Origin: Octopus sinensis
Taxonomy: Eukaryota
Assembly (NCBI RefSeq): GCF_006345805.1
Contig: NC_043005.1
Span: 73,160,001 to 73,224,000 of the forward strand
DNA: 64,000 nucleotides
Reading direction: 5' to 3'
The stretch's first letter is position 1. Each line of letters opens with the position of its first letter. Shown piece by piece: positions 27,041 through 39,630 of the stretch. The translations under genes were made by a program, and so were the position numbers. The notes beneath the pieces are model-generated. The model saw only the letters and a list, made by a program, of their open reading frames with translations. It was not told the DNA's origin and did no database searches.

Positions 27041-27842
27041 CAACACAAAACATGAGCTGGTCACAAATTTCTCTGTATATATATCCAGCAACATACAAAT
27101 GCCTAAAGAAAGCATAGGATCTCAAGGGAATAAAAACAAGGATATTTATAAGAGAAGATATTGAGAAAGCAGGAATCACAATTTCTAATTTTGGTGGCAC
27201 ATAGAGGCATTGATGCGTTAGTTAATGTATGGGTAGGTCACCTTTTTTATATTGCTCTAATCAGCTTTGCTGATACGTTGATACGATCTCATACCTGGGG
27301 TGATGAAGCTCAGATAGCAGTCTATATGTTTTCTTTAGAATGGTAAGTGTATCAAGAATCAAGCTCAGTAAATACATCATATGTCTATCCGAAGACTAAT
27401 CCAACAAGATTCCGCACGAATGACCATAAAGTTAACACTTATTGGAATTGGTGATGGCTTTGACTTCTGGCTAGGGGTCATCTTCGAAGTAAAAATTGAC
27501 AGGTTGTCAGCGTCGACATGATTTTGGCCTTAAGGGATCGGTTGAGGTATCTATGGAGACATAGAAGTGTATGTGAGCCCAGTGGTTACAAAATGATCCT
27601 CGAATTGTAACTAAATGTGGTTTCGCACTCAAGGAGTGCATGGTTGATAATTCAGTATGAAATAGTCAGGTACTCCGCATGTTGGAGTTATGATCAAATG
27701 AGGTATTTCCGTCCAGAACAACTGAAAAAGCTAAAGATTAACCTACAAAATGCCGCCACGGAGACTAATATTATGAAAAATTCAGTAAGCGCAATATCGG
27801 GAAAGTCAAAACAGAACAATTTACCCGTTTTCAAACCATTCC

Positions 27843-27889
27843 TTTCAAAATATTTTCTTTGCTTTAAAACCGCGACCTGTTCACTGAAA
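27843..27889 (-). ncRNA. Degenerate hammerhead-like motif with G3-C8 core
   Basis: tttca-GTGAACA-ggtcgc..gcaaa-GAAA-atat-TT-tgaaa; homologous to 49587-49635; stem II decayed. Confidence 0.4.
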
Positions 27890-29649
27890 AAAACTTGGTG
27901 CAACACCAAGGTTTTTCAGTGAACAGCTCTCAGTTTCAAAGTGATGAAAATATTTTGACACAAAGGAAATTTTTAAAATGTCGAAGTGAAACTAACAGTT
28001 TTTCTGTGTTCTTGAATGACTTACAAACATATTCCACGATTAGCTTTCCACCATGTTTGTATGATTTTATGTTTATCTCCACATCTCTATATAACCCAAA
28101 TGTAAAACACTTTACTTTTGAATACCAATGGTATATGGTATGGGAACGAGCAAATACTGGAAATTAAGCTTTGTTAAAGGTGGGTTATTTACGATTATTA
28201 TTATTATTGATGTTATTATTTATGTTTGTACTGTTTACATTGAGTAGGGATTTGTAAGGCAGCTTTAAAAAGATTGGATGTTATCCCGTTTCCTTTGATG
28301 TGAAAGAAGTTATTTGTATTTCTTCCACGAAGAAAGGAATTTTGAGTTTCAAGCAATTATATTCGAGTGCGAAATAAAAATCATCCATGGATACGTAGTT
28401 TCTTTGCAAATATTGCATCTCTTTGCAAGTGAGTTAATGTTGCTTTTCTTGCGTCCTCTTGCAAATGAGCTGGCAAGAATATTACATCCCAAGCATTTTG
28501 AATATTCCCAAAACAATAAAAGCAATAAATTTTGAAGTATAAAAGATAGACCTAAAACTGTTTGTTAACGCAATCATTCACCTTCTGCTTTTACAAGTGG
28601 AGAAACCAAGCATAATGACAATGGAAGCTTATCTTTACGAAGAAAATATAGATGCTAAGCAGAGGATAACTGCTGTAAAAGTAAGAAATGTGAGAGTGGA
28701 TAATGCCTCTGTGTCTGAAGAATTTATCGATGAAAGGGTATGGAGAATAATGACATTCTTCTGTGTTTCCAAAAAGTGTGGAAGACATTCGTAACACCCC
28801 GAAGAAATAATTGCTGTATGTGTGGAAGCACATTTGTTCGATTGACTGGGGAATACTTAATGGGAGCGCGTGACTACTTTTTTAAAACTGAAGACAGGGC
28901 GAAGCAACAAGCAGAGCTGGATTGCCAGACAATTTCTTGCATTGAAATGCCTTTCATTTTCCTCGCACGGTATTCAAGAAACTGACAAAACTAATATATG
29001 AACCGGAGAAAGACGAATATATTTGCAACCAATTGTGTGAGGAAGAGCGAGGCTCCGATTTGGTAGAAAATGCAAATGAAAACTACTCTGGTAGTCTACC
29101 TAGATCTGAGATACAACATATTCGAGAATCCTGAAAATTTCTTGCTTAATCCGATACCAAAGAAGCTTACAGCCACTTGGGGTTGTATCAGTTTCTAAAC
29201 AGTGACTAGAGGCCAATGTTTTACTTCTGCTTTTCTGTCAAATTCTAACTATCTGCTGTGTCTGTTAAAAGAGTTGTCAATAGCTGGTGGGTCAATAGCT
29301 GGTGGGTGATATCTGTTCTGGTGGCCATAATACATCTGCTGCCACCATAGAGTTGAAAAATATTGAACCACTAATAATCGTATGTTTGGAAGAGTGTGTC
29401 TAAACAATAAAAAATGTCTAGTGTTAATCTTTTTGCTCTACCCTACCGCAATGAGTTAGTGGCTCAAATACAGCAAATTTTCTTATAGGACACAAGAACA
29501 GTTTGACCCTGCTTTCATGGAGCAATCCTGCAGGGAAACGTCTTCTGGGGCATTTCCCTTTAGGGAAATCCGTTTCCTCCACTCTAACTTTTATAAACGC
29601 AAATTTATAAAAGAAAGCAGCAAAACACAGCAGAGATAATTTCATACAG

Positions 29650-29707
29650 CGTGATTTAGCTGCGTTACTATGGTAACAGTCCAGATAATTATTGATCATA
29701 CCTCGTA
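29650..29707 (-). mobile_element. Tc1/mariner-type terminal fragment
   Basis: ta|cgaggtatgatcaataattatctggactgttaccatagtaacgcagctaaatcac; same family as 12149. Confidence 0.5.
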
Positions 29708-30027
29708 GAGTGCAATAAACCCCTGAATATGTGCCACAGCAAGCACAGTGTGTACGGATATAATGTTCTTAACCACGTATTTGTCAAATTTATGAAGGTA
29801 AGGGCGAAAAGGAACGTTTCTCAAAACCATGGAGTTTGTGACCATCATTGAAACAACATGTAACCGGGCGACATTTTGAAGGAACACAGATCCTGGTGAT
29901 TCAGACGGCAACATGGCTATTCCTTAATTGTACACAACTGAGATTAATCAGTCGTCTGGCACAAGGGAGATGGCTCAGTTGTTATATATGTCATAGTAAG
30001 GACAACTTGAAGGTCGCTTGTCTACAT

Positions 30028-30565
30028 TAGTGTATCTCAACCATGTTTTACCTGTGTATCCCTTTAATTCCTAATTTACTTTGATAGACCCTCATGCCTA
30101 TTCATGCCTAAAAAGTCTTATATTTTTGTTATTAAAAACATTATTCGGAATTGATGATTAGTTGCCAACTTAATGTGGCAGTTCCATGAAAGGAAAGAAT
30201 GCTACTGCTATTTAGCCCCAAGAAACACCGTTTCTAGTTGGCTACGTGAGACAAGCGTTCTGTGACATTAAGTTTTCAAAAAGGGGAGATAAGCCCCTCC
30301 ACCTTACAAAGCCAACATCTAGAGACTAGTTTCACGGTAGTTGCCCTTCATCAGTCTGGACTAGCTTGGCCTTGCTAGCTGTAAGGGCTAAATCGCTGTT
30401 GAAAACTTATAGAATTTCAGGTGAAATAAATTCACAGATGTAATAAATTAGAAATATTATTCGGAATTGTATAAAAGAATTTGTTACAATACTTTATGTA
30501 CTTTAAAATTATAACCAATTTACTGCAGATTGAAGGGTCATAAGGACCCCGGTTGAGAACCACTG
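30028..30565. mobile_element. Non-autonomous hAT (Charlie-like) element with a nested insertion
   Basis: TIRs tagtgtatctcaacc / ggttgagaaccactg; 8-bp TSD gtctacat / gtctaaat (7/8 match). Confidence 0.75.
30318..30360 (-). ncRNA. Minimal type-I hammerhead ribozyme motif
   Basis: Minus strand: tccaga-CTGATGA-agggcaactaccgt-GAAA-ctag-TC-tctaga. Canonical core, palindromic stem III, one mismatch each in stems I and II. Confidence 0.7.
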
Positions 30566-31258
30566 GTCTAAATGACGAAAGCAAAGAGAACAATATACAA
30601 GCATACATCTGCAAATGTAGCGGCAAGGAAAACGGTCGTTACCAAAACACAATCGTTACCATAAGATCCAGGATCCTACGGATCACATAGTAAGGACTGA
30701 ATCAAATAAAATCCTCTCATCCTCAGTATCTTTAATTTAGTCTCCTGTCCCATCACCGACGAACAATACTATTAACATTTCACGTCTTCAACAAGAAAAA
30801 TGAAAGTACACAAATTAATAAATTACACGCAAGGAAAAACAAAGACAGAATGCTTCGATTGTAACGAAAAGTATTAACAATATGCACGAATTAAATTAAG
30901 TACCAGTTGCGTACTGGGGTCGATTTAATCAACTGCCCCGCCCCCAAAATTGCGGACCTTGTGCGTAGAATAGAAAAAAATATGCACGAACTAAAATAAA
31001 TCACGTCAATCTTTAGAATCTCTATCTGCGAAAACTATGATGATGAAGTATACAGCAGATGTTTTTCGAGTGGAAGAGAGGTTTTCTCTACGTGTTTCAG
31101 TAATTAGACTGCATCTTTGAAGAATTTAAATTGGAATGAATAGCTCGCACCCCACCACAGTCCCTGTCTTTTAAATACCTAGTACTTATTCTATCGGTCT
31201 TGCAGAACCTTTAAGTTACGCAGACGTAAACACACAACGACTGGTTATCACGATTGGT

Positions 31259-32072
31259 TAGGAGTGGCTCTGTGGTATGTAGCTTGCTTACCACCCACAC
31301 GGTTCTGGGTTTAGTCTCACTGCGTCACACCTTGGGCAAGTGACTTCTACTATAGCCTCAGGCCGTCCAAAGCCTTGTGAGTGGATTTGGTAGACGGAAA
31401 CTGAAAGAAGCCTGTCGTATATATGTATCTATATATATATGTATGTATGCGTATATGTTTGTGTGCTGTGTTTGTCCCCCCAACATTGCTTGACAACCGA
31501 TGCTGGTGTGTGTACGTCTCCGTAACTTAGCGGTTCGGCAAAAGAAACTAGCAAAAAATAAGTCCTGGGATCGATTTGCTCGACTAAAGGCTGTGCTCCA
31601 GTATGGCCGCAGTCAAATGACTGAAACAAGTAAAAGAGTATATATATATATATATATAGACGCAGGAGTGGCTGTGTGGTAAGTAGCTCGCTTACCAACC
31701 ATATGGTTCCGGGTTCAGTCCCACTGCGTGGCATCTTGGGCAACTGTCTTCTACTATAGCCTCGGGCCGACCAAAGCCTTGTGAGTGGATTTGGTAGACA
31801 GAAACTGAAAAAAGCCCGTCGTATATATGTATATATATGTATATATATATGTGCGTGTATGTTTGTGTGTCTGTGTTTGTCCCCCTAACATTGCTTGACA
31901 ACTGATGCTGGTGTGTTTATGTCCCCGTCACTTAGCGGTTCGGCAAAAGAGACCGATAGAATAAGTACTGGGCTTACAAAGAATAAGTCCCGGGTCGAGT
32001 TGCTCGATTAAAGGCGATGCTCCAGCATGGCTGCAGTCAAATGGCTGAAACAAGTAAAAGAGTAAGAAAGAG
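31259..32072 (+). mobile_element. Two tandem SINE family A copies (31259-31640, 31660-32072), preceded by an inverted family A fragment at 31178-31250
   Basis: Two complete head-body-tail units separated by (TA)n. Confidence 0.9.
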
Positions 32073-32073
32073 A

Positions 32074-32665
<592 letters not shown>

Positions 32666-33051
32666 ATATATATATATATATATACGATGGGATTCTTTCA
32701 GTTTCCGTCTACCACACGTTGCCTTGGTAGGTTGGTGATTATAATCGAACACACTTGGCCAAATTGCCATGCAATGAGGCTAAACCCGAAACCATGTGGT
32801 TGCGAAGCTAACTTCTTTCCACACAGTCAGTGTTGCAACTATATTTGGTACATTCTAATTTATTCCCGTGTATATGATTTTCACCCTCACCTCGCCTTTG
32901 TATATATTCTCCGTCCGACCCCAGATGTCTTTTGAATATCTGTTTAACAATACCTGCATGTCTTTGCATCTTCTCGAGGCTATACGAACGATTATCATTA
33001 TCATTGCTGTTGTTGCTGACGTTATCATTATTATCATTATTATTATTATTA

Positions 33052-33082
<31 letters not shown>

Positions 33083-33104
33083 CATTATTATTATTATTAA
33101 CCTG

Positions 33105-33310
33105 AAGGCGGCGAGCTGCACTACAGGCAAAATACTTAGCTGTATTTCGTCCGTCATTACATTCTGAGTTCAAGTTCCGCCAAAGTCGACTTTGGCTTTG
33201 ATCCTTTCGGGGTCGATACAATAAGTAATAGTATAATACTAGGGTCGATGTCATCGACTTATCTCCTTCCCCGAAACTTCAGACTTGTGCCTATATTAAA
33301 AAGGATTATT
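33105..33310 (+). mobile_element. SINE family B, short tail ending in (ATT)n
   Basis: ggcggcgagctg...gagttcaagttccg...gacttgtgcctatattaaaaaggattatt. Confidence 0.8.
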
Positions 33311-33463
33311 ATCATTATTATTATATTCATAGCTTGCCAAATGCATAAGGTGCTTCCCTTCTCAAATCTGTAAATTTGATAGATCAATGATAAATGCCAA
33401 AGATGTCCGAAGTTAAAATGAAAAGCTCTAGGTTACAAGGTTTAACACTGCATCCACACACAC

Positions 33464-33509
<46 letters not shown>

Positions 33510-34064
33510 GAACAAATGTTACGGGAAAATTCCATAATATCATATGCATTTTTTTGTAGTTTTTGAGACATCAGCCTGTCTATCCTCGATAAATGCTGAC
33601 GTCCTTATAGAAATAGGGCTTACATCGATATTTCGGTTGGAATTAAATCCACGGGAATAAGGAAACGCGTTACATATTATAAAGAAGACGAATTTTAAAA
33701 TTTGCGTAAAATGAACAAATTATTACAATAAATATAACTATCTCTCCAGTTGTACCAACAAATGAAATGAAAGACCCATTTCTTAAAAGCTGCAATTTTT
33801 TTAATCCAATGCAAGAAGGTCGGCGCAAATGTAAAGTCTTTCCAGCGAGCATCTGTACCACATGATACGTATTTGATATTATTGAGATAATTAGTACACT
33901 ATTGTTATCTTTGCCATGAAAAATTACGTTACATGTATTACGGACAATCTAGTGAGCAGTGTGCGCGTTGAAATGGTAGAGTGCTTTCACTTTATCATTT
34001 TCTGTGGCAGATAGCATAGTGAAAATTGTATCATAGTGAATTCTTTATAATTAGTAGTAAAATA

Positions 34065-34475
34065 GGCGTAGGAGTGGCTGTGTGATAATTGGCTTGCTTA
34101 CGAACCACATGGTTCAGTCCCACTGCGTGGCACATTGGGCGATTGTCTTCTACTATAGCCTTGGGCCGACCAAAGCATTGCGAGTGGATTTAGTAGACGG
34201 AAACTGAAAGAAGCCCGTCGTATATATGTCTATATATATATGTATGTGTATGTATATGTTTGTGTGCCTGTGTTTGCCCCCCCCCCAACATCGCTTGACA
34301 AGCGATGCTGGTGTGTCTACGTCCCCGTAACTTAGCGGTTCAGCAAAGAGACCGATAGAATAAGTACTAGGCTTACAAAGAATAAGTGCTAGGGTCGATG
34401 TTCTCGACTAAAGGCGGTGCTCCAGCATGGCCACAGTCAAATAACGGAAACAAGTAAAAGAGTAAAAGAGTAAAG
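34065..34475 (+). mobile_element. SINE family A (full length)
   Basis: Family A head, body and (GTAAAAGA)n tail. Confidence 0.9.
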
Positions 34476-35840
34476 GGTGTACTGTGTCAGTACCCCAACA
34501 TAGGTTTGGTATTTGGTAAATCCTTAGGCAGAAATCTTCACGGTTTCATGGCAGTGTCAGGCACTTCAGTATCTATATATATATAAAAAAGAAAAACTGT
34601 TTGTGTTTGCTTTCACCCAGCTCATTGATACTGACTATCTTACATACTCCTTCAGCCACTTTATTTCTCGTATCTCTGAATTATCTTAGTAACTTGTTTT
34701 TCAAACAATAACCTTCGTCCAACTAACTAACTAAACACTATCTATACAATCTTCACTTTGTTTGCTCTTTTCCTCACATACATCTTAGAGATTTGCTGAT
34801 AACAATATCCAGTATTTGTCAGTTACGCTTTTGCTTCCCTTAGCTGTTTTCGTTTTTTTTTCGATAACAGAGAGTCCTTAATTATGAATGCATACATGCG
34901 TTACGTTATGAGCATTTAAAATTACATCTGGCTTTCTGGCAATGCTACTTCTTGTAAATTTGATATCACAAATCTCATTATATCTTCATTCTCTATCACA
35001 TAATGTCATTGCAGAAAAGCATAGCGCTATTTACATGCGCATCTATCTCATATCTGGTATTATTTCCATTCTTCTTAACTTCGCATCATTTGATTTTAAC
35101 ATTTGTTATAGTAAGTTAACTGTGAAGTACATTTTCTTTGCATTCTTATATTTTAGCCATCCATAAATGTTTTTATACCTATGATATGAAACAGTTTAGT
35201 TTCTCTGTGTGTTATTTTAAGAAAACATATCTTGTCACAATCTTGCAGTTATCCTTAAATGTTTCTCATGAGCCGCATATTTTTCATGTAAAGCTTAAAA
35301 CTTTCAATGTCCAGAGTGAAATATTTTCTTCAATTCGTGTTTTACTTTTCTATACATATTTCTCCCAGGCTCTCTATTTATATGTTTTATAATCAGTTAT
35401 ATAATGAGATATAATCATATAACATTTTTTATAACATAAATAGTGACTCAACACATTTCTCAGTTTTTAACTTTTGTATATCGCCTTTTATTCTTTGCTT
35501 GCTGGTCAAGCATATATTTTTATTGTTGTATTTAGGAATATCTGTTTCAACACACGATTTCACATCAAAAATCTTGCAAAGCAAATATATAAACATAACA
35601 TATATTTTTAGTGCTATTTTTAAATGTAACAATTCAGCATACACAATTATTATTTAAATAATTTCACCTTCATTCCACAATGAACAATGTTGCAGTTTAT
35701 GATATTCACAAAATATTTTAGTGCTTAAATCTTAGTTAGCAATTGATTTGTTTTTGATTTGCAAAAACAGGAGTAATAAAGTTCTATATTTGAGAGATGA
35801 GGAATTATGTACATTATTTACATTTTGACGGATATGCTAC

Positions 35841-35912
35841 GGACATATGGCGTAGTGATTAAGAGCGCGGGATACTAACTCCAAGATTCGGAATTCGTTT
35901 CCAGGCAGTGAA
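35841..35912 (+). pseudogene. tRNA-like pseudogene or short SINE head with (AAT)n tail
   Basis: TGGCGTAGTGATTAAGAGCGC (A-box-like) and a degenerate B box gaattcgtttcc; stems do not close; followed by aataataat. Confidence 0.55.
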
Positions 35913-36034
35913 TTGAATAATAATAATAACAGCAATAACAACAACAACAACAACAATGACCGTAAAAGTCTGTGAATCACATACTGTGCTGTTTGAGGTA
36001 AGTGAGGATAAATACCAGGCAAATAAAAATTGTC

Positions 36035-36300
36035 TTTTATCTTTTACTGTTTACATGTTTCAGACATTGGATCGCTGCCATGCTGGGGCACCGCCCGCAA
36101 GGGTTTTTAGACAAACCAATCGACCCCAGTACCTAATTTTAAGTTGGGTACTTACTTTGTTTATCTTTTAGCCGAACTGCTAGATTACAGGAAAGTAGTA
36201 AAATCAACACCGTTTGCCAAAGGTGTGAATAAACACAGATATAGACACAAAGACACACAGACACACAACCACGTTCACTCACACACAGAGAAACAGACAC
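36035..36300 (-). mobile_element. Diverged SINE family A 3' half
   Basis: tgtttcagacattgg..gccatgctggggcaccgcc..atcgaccccagtac. Confidence 0.65.
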
Positions 36301-36340
36301 AAGCACATACACACGCATATATATATATATATATATATAT

Positions 36341-36436
<96 letters not shown>

Positions 36437-36699
36437 GTAAAACTTACTTGGAAATGATTGTGTGGCGTTCAATCATATAATAATGTAAATAATATATAAG
36501 TATATATGCATACATACACAAATATATGTACATAAATATATTTACATATACATGCATATTATATACATGTTATTTACCATTATTATTATTATTATCATTA
36601 TTGATGTTATTATTATTATCATCATCATTATTATTATTATTAATATTATTATTATTATCATCATCATCTTCATCATCATCATCAACATCATCATCATCA

Positions 36700-36746
<47 letters not shown>

Positions 36747-38137
36747 GTTGTTGTTTTTGTTGTTATTATTATTATTTCTTTTATATTCAACTTCGTGGTT
36801 GGAAAGCTCTCTATCGACACATGATGGAGCACATGTGTCTCCTCGACACTTGGATAATTGTGATATTTCTCAGAGGCATTAGTAGAGAGCCCTTTTACGA
36901 AAGGATATTAGAAATGATCGTAAAGAAAGGCAGTGAGAGCCGTTTGGCCCCGATCCAAAATTACAGTTTTGTCTCCCCTTTTGAATAGATTTACTTCGTA
37001 TTTATTTGTATTTCTCTGTGCAACAAACTTTTGACTTGCCTTCGTATATTATGCTTGGTTTTGTTTCCGCCACTTACGAAGTCTGTTTTATGTTATTTGT
37101 ACACATTCGCATTTTGTAGCATCGTATGTATCTCATATGTGTGTATATATATATATATAGTTTTTGTGACAAATAAATTGAGTATTACTATCATTATTAT
37201 TGCAGTTTACTATTTTCTATTACTTACAATAATAAAATTATATAGCTTCATTTTCAATTCTTGTCACTAGTTCAAGATTTAATATATCCTGCAGACAGAG
37301 CTTTATTTCATAGGAAGAAAACCTCTTAAGGACAAGAAATATCTACATAAAATTGAAAGAAAATATACCTACCAAGAATCTAAATTAACTTTAAAATCTA
37401 ACAGTAAAACAAAAAAGCTAATCCAAATTGAAAAATGTAACAAAAACCATCATTAAAAAACCGTGTAGCACATATAAATCTGTTGGTGATATATTGAAAA
37501 TATCGGCTTTAAAAGCAATGTAATAAATATATAAATAAATAAATAAATAGGTAAATATACAAGTAGAGAAAATTTTATCCTGTATCCATGGCATATTGTG
37601 AGTAGTTTTGTTAATGTCAAATGAAAAACATTTAATTGAAAAGCATCAAATTACATTTGATCGGCTATGTTACCAATGTATACATACATTTATATGAATA
37701 TATACCTGTATGTGTATACATACATGCATAATACATACATAGAGGCACACACAAACGTACAAACACATACATACATATATATAGAATCATATACCTATCT
37801 GTATATAAATCTCTCTCTATATATATATGTATGTATATGTGTATATATATATATATGTGTGTGTGTGAGTTTATATATACATATGTAAATACATGTTTAT
37901 ATATGTGAGTGTGTGTGAGTGTGTACGTGTGTGTGTGTGTTTATATACATATATAAATACATATTGATTATATGTATGTGCATGTTTGTGTGTCTATATA
38001 TACATATATAAACACATGTTTATATATATATATATATACATACACAATGATTATGTGTGTATATATATATATATATATTTACATATATAAACATATGTTT
38101 ATATATATATATGTATACAATGATTATGTGTATGTGA

Positions 38138-38187
<50 letters not shown>

Positions 38188-38619
38188 GTGTGTATGTATG
38201 TGTATGCATATGCATTTATATTTATCTCTGCATGTGTGTGTGTGTATGTGTGTGTATCTTTGCTCTTTCATGTGCATATCTACCTACTTTCTTTACCTAA
38301 CTAAACATCTATGTTATCTGGAAAATCAGGATATGTCATTTTGTTTTGTTACCTTAGTATTTTAATTTACCTGTTTTTTCTTTTACCTCATGTTACTTAT
38401 ATTTAAACGCAAGGATACAAATGGATTCTTTCCAAACAAATTCCTTCTTAATGGTTACTCTATTCTTCTTCCCGATAAGATATAATTGTGTATATGATTA
38501 CTATTATTTCTTATCTGGTTTATTCTGTTTTATTTATTTATTTATTTATTTATTTGCTGTTTTTCTTGCTTGTTTTCTAACCCCCCTCATCAGCACCGCC
38601 ACCACCAGACTCACAATCA

Positions 38620-38669
38620 AAGTCACTACTACCAGCACCACTACCACCCTACAACCTCTACTACTACTG

Positions 38670-38711
<42 letters not shown>

Positions 38712-38722
38712 CTACCACCACC

Positions 38723-38754
<32 letters not shown>

Positions 38755-38922
38755 AGTTGCAGCTACATCTACTGTTACTGCTGCTGCTGCTCTTATTACA
38801 ATTACAATTATTATTATTATTATTTAATATTATTATTATTATTATTATTATTTATTATTATTATTATATTATTATTATTATATTATTATTATTATTATTA
38901 TTATTATTATCATTATTATTAT
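38620..38922. repeat. Compound (CTA)n/(CCA)n/(ATT)n trinucleotide tract
   Basis: Directly visible; source of the poly-L/P/T pseudo-ORFs. Confidence 0.95.
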
Positions 38923-38923
38923 G

Positions 38924-39140
38924 AAGGCGGAGACCTGGCAGAAACGTTAGCACACCGAGCGAAATTCTTAGCCATATTTCGCCTGTCTTTTCGTTCTGAG
39001 TTCAAATTCTGACGAGGTCGACTTTGTCTTTCATCGTTTCGTAGTCGATAAATTTAGTACCAGTTGCGTACTGGATCGATCTAATCGACTAGCTCCCTCT
39101 CAGGAAATTTCAGGCCTTGTGCCTATAGTAGAAGGATTAT
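38924..39140 (+). mobile_element. SINE family B, short tail
   Basis: Family B head and core; tail gaaatttcaggccttgtgcctatagtagaaggattatt. Confidence 0.85.
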
Positions 39141-39157
39141 TATTATTATTATTATTA

Positions 39158-39192
<35 letters not shown>

Positions 39193-39194
<2 letters not shown>

Positions 39195-39630
39195 TGCCTT
39201 TGTACAGCTTCTAACGCTGGAGGTGTACTATGTGTCAGCTGTTGACTACCTGTGAACTAAGGTAACTCCTCTTACTTTTAGAGCACCTTTCGGAGAATTC
39301 GAGCGGTTCCAACTGCAAGTGCTCCACCTAATTTGCAGCCCCTGTTTTTTCCACGTACTTCTCTAGATTTTCGCTCTGTTCCCAGGCCTCCGACAATTAT
39401 TGGCACTACCGCTACCATTTTCATCGACCACAACTGCTTAACTTCCCAAGCTAACTTGTCATATCTCTCAACATTTCATTCTTCCTTATCGCATACCTTG
39501 TTGTTAGTTGGGCATGCTATATCTATGATCCAGCATAGTTTGTTTTCTTTCTCAATTAAGACTATGTTTGGCTTCCTATTCTCTATCTCATGGTCGCACT
39601 GAATTATAAAATCCCAAAGGATCTTTGCAT
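39193..39630 (-). mobile_element. R4/Dong-like LINE 3' end (RLE domain)
   Basis: AKILWDFIIQCDHEIENRKPNIVLIEKENKLCWIIDIACP..YDKLAWEVKQLW..VVPIIVGGLG..GTARILRKVL*; 3' end runs into (TAA)n. Confidence 0.85.
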
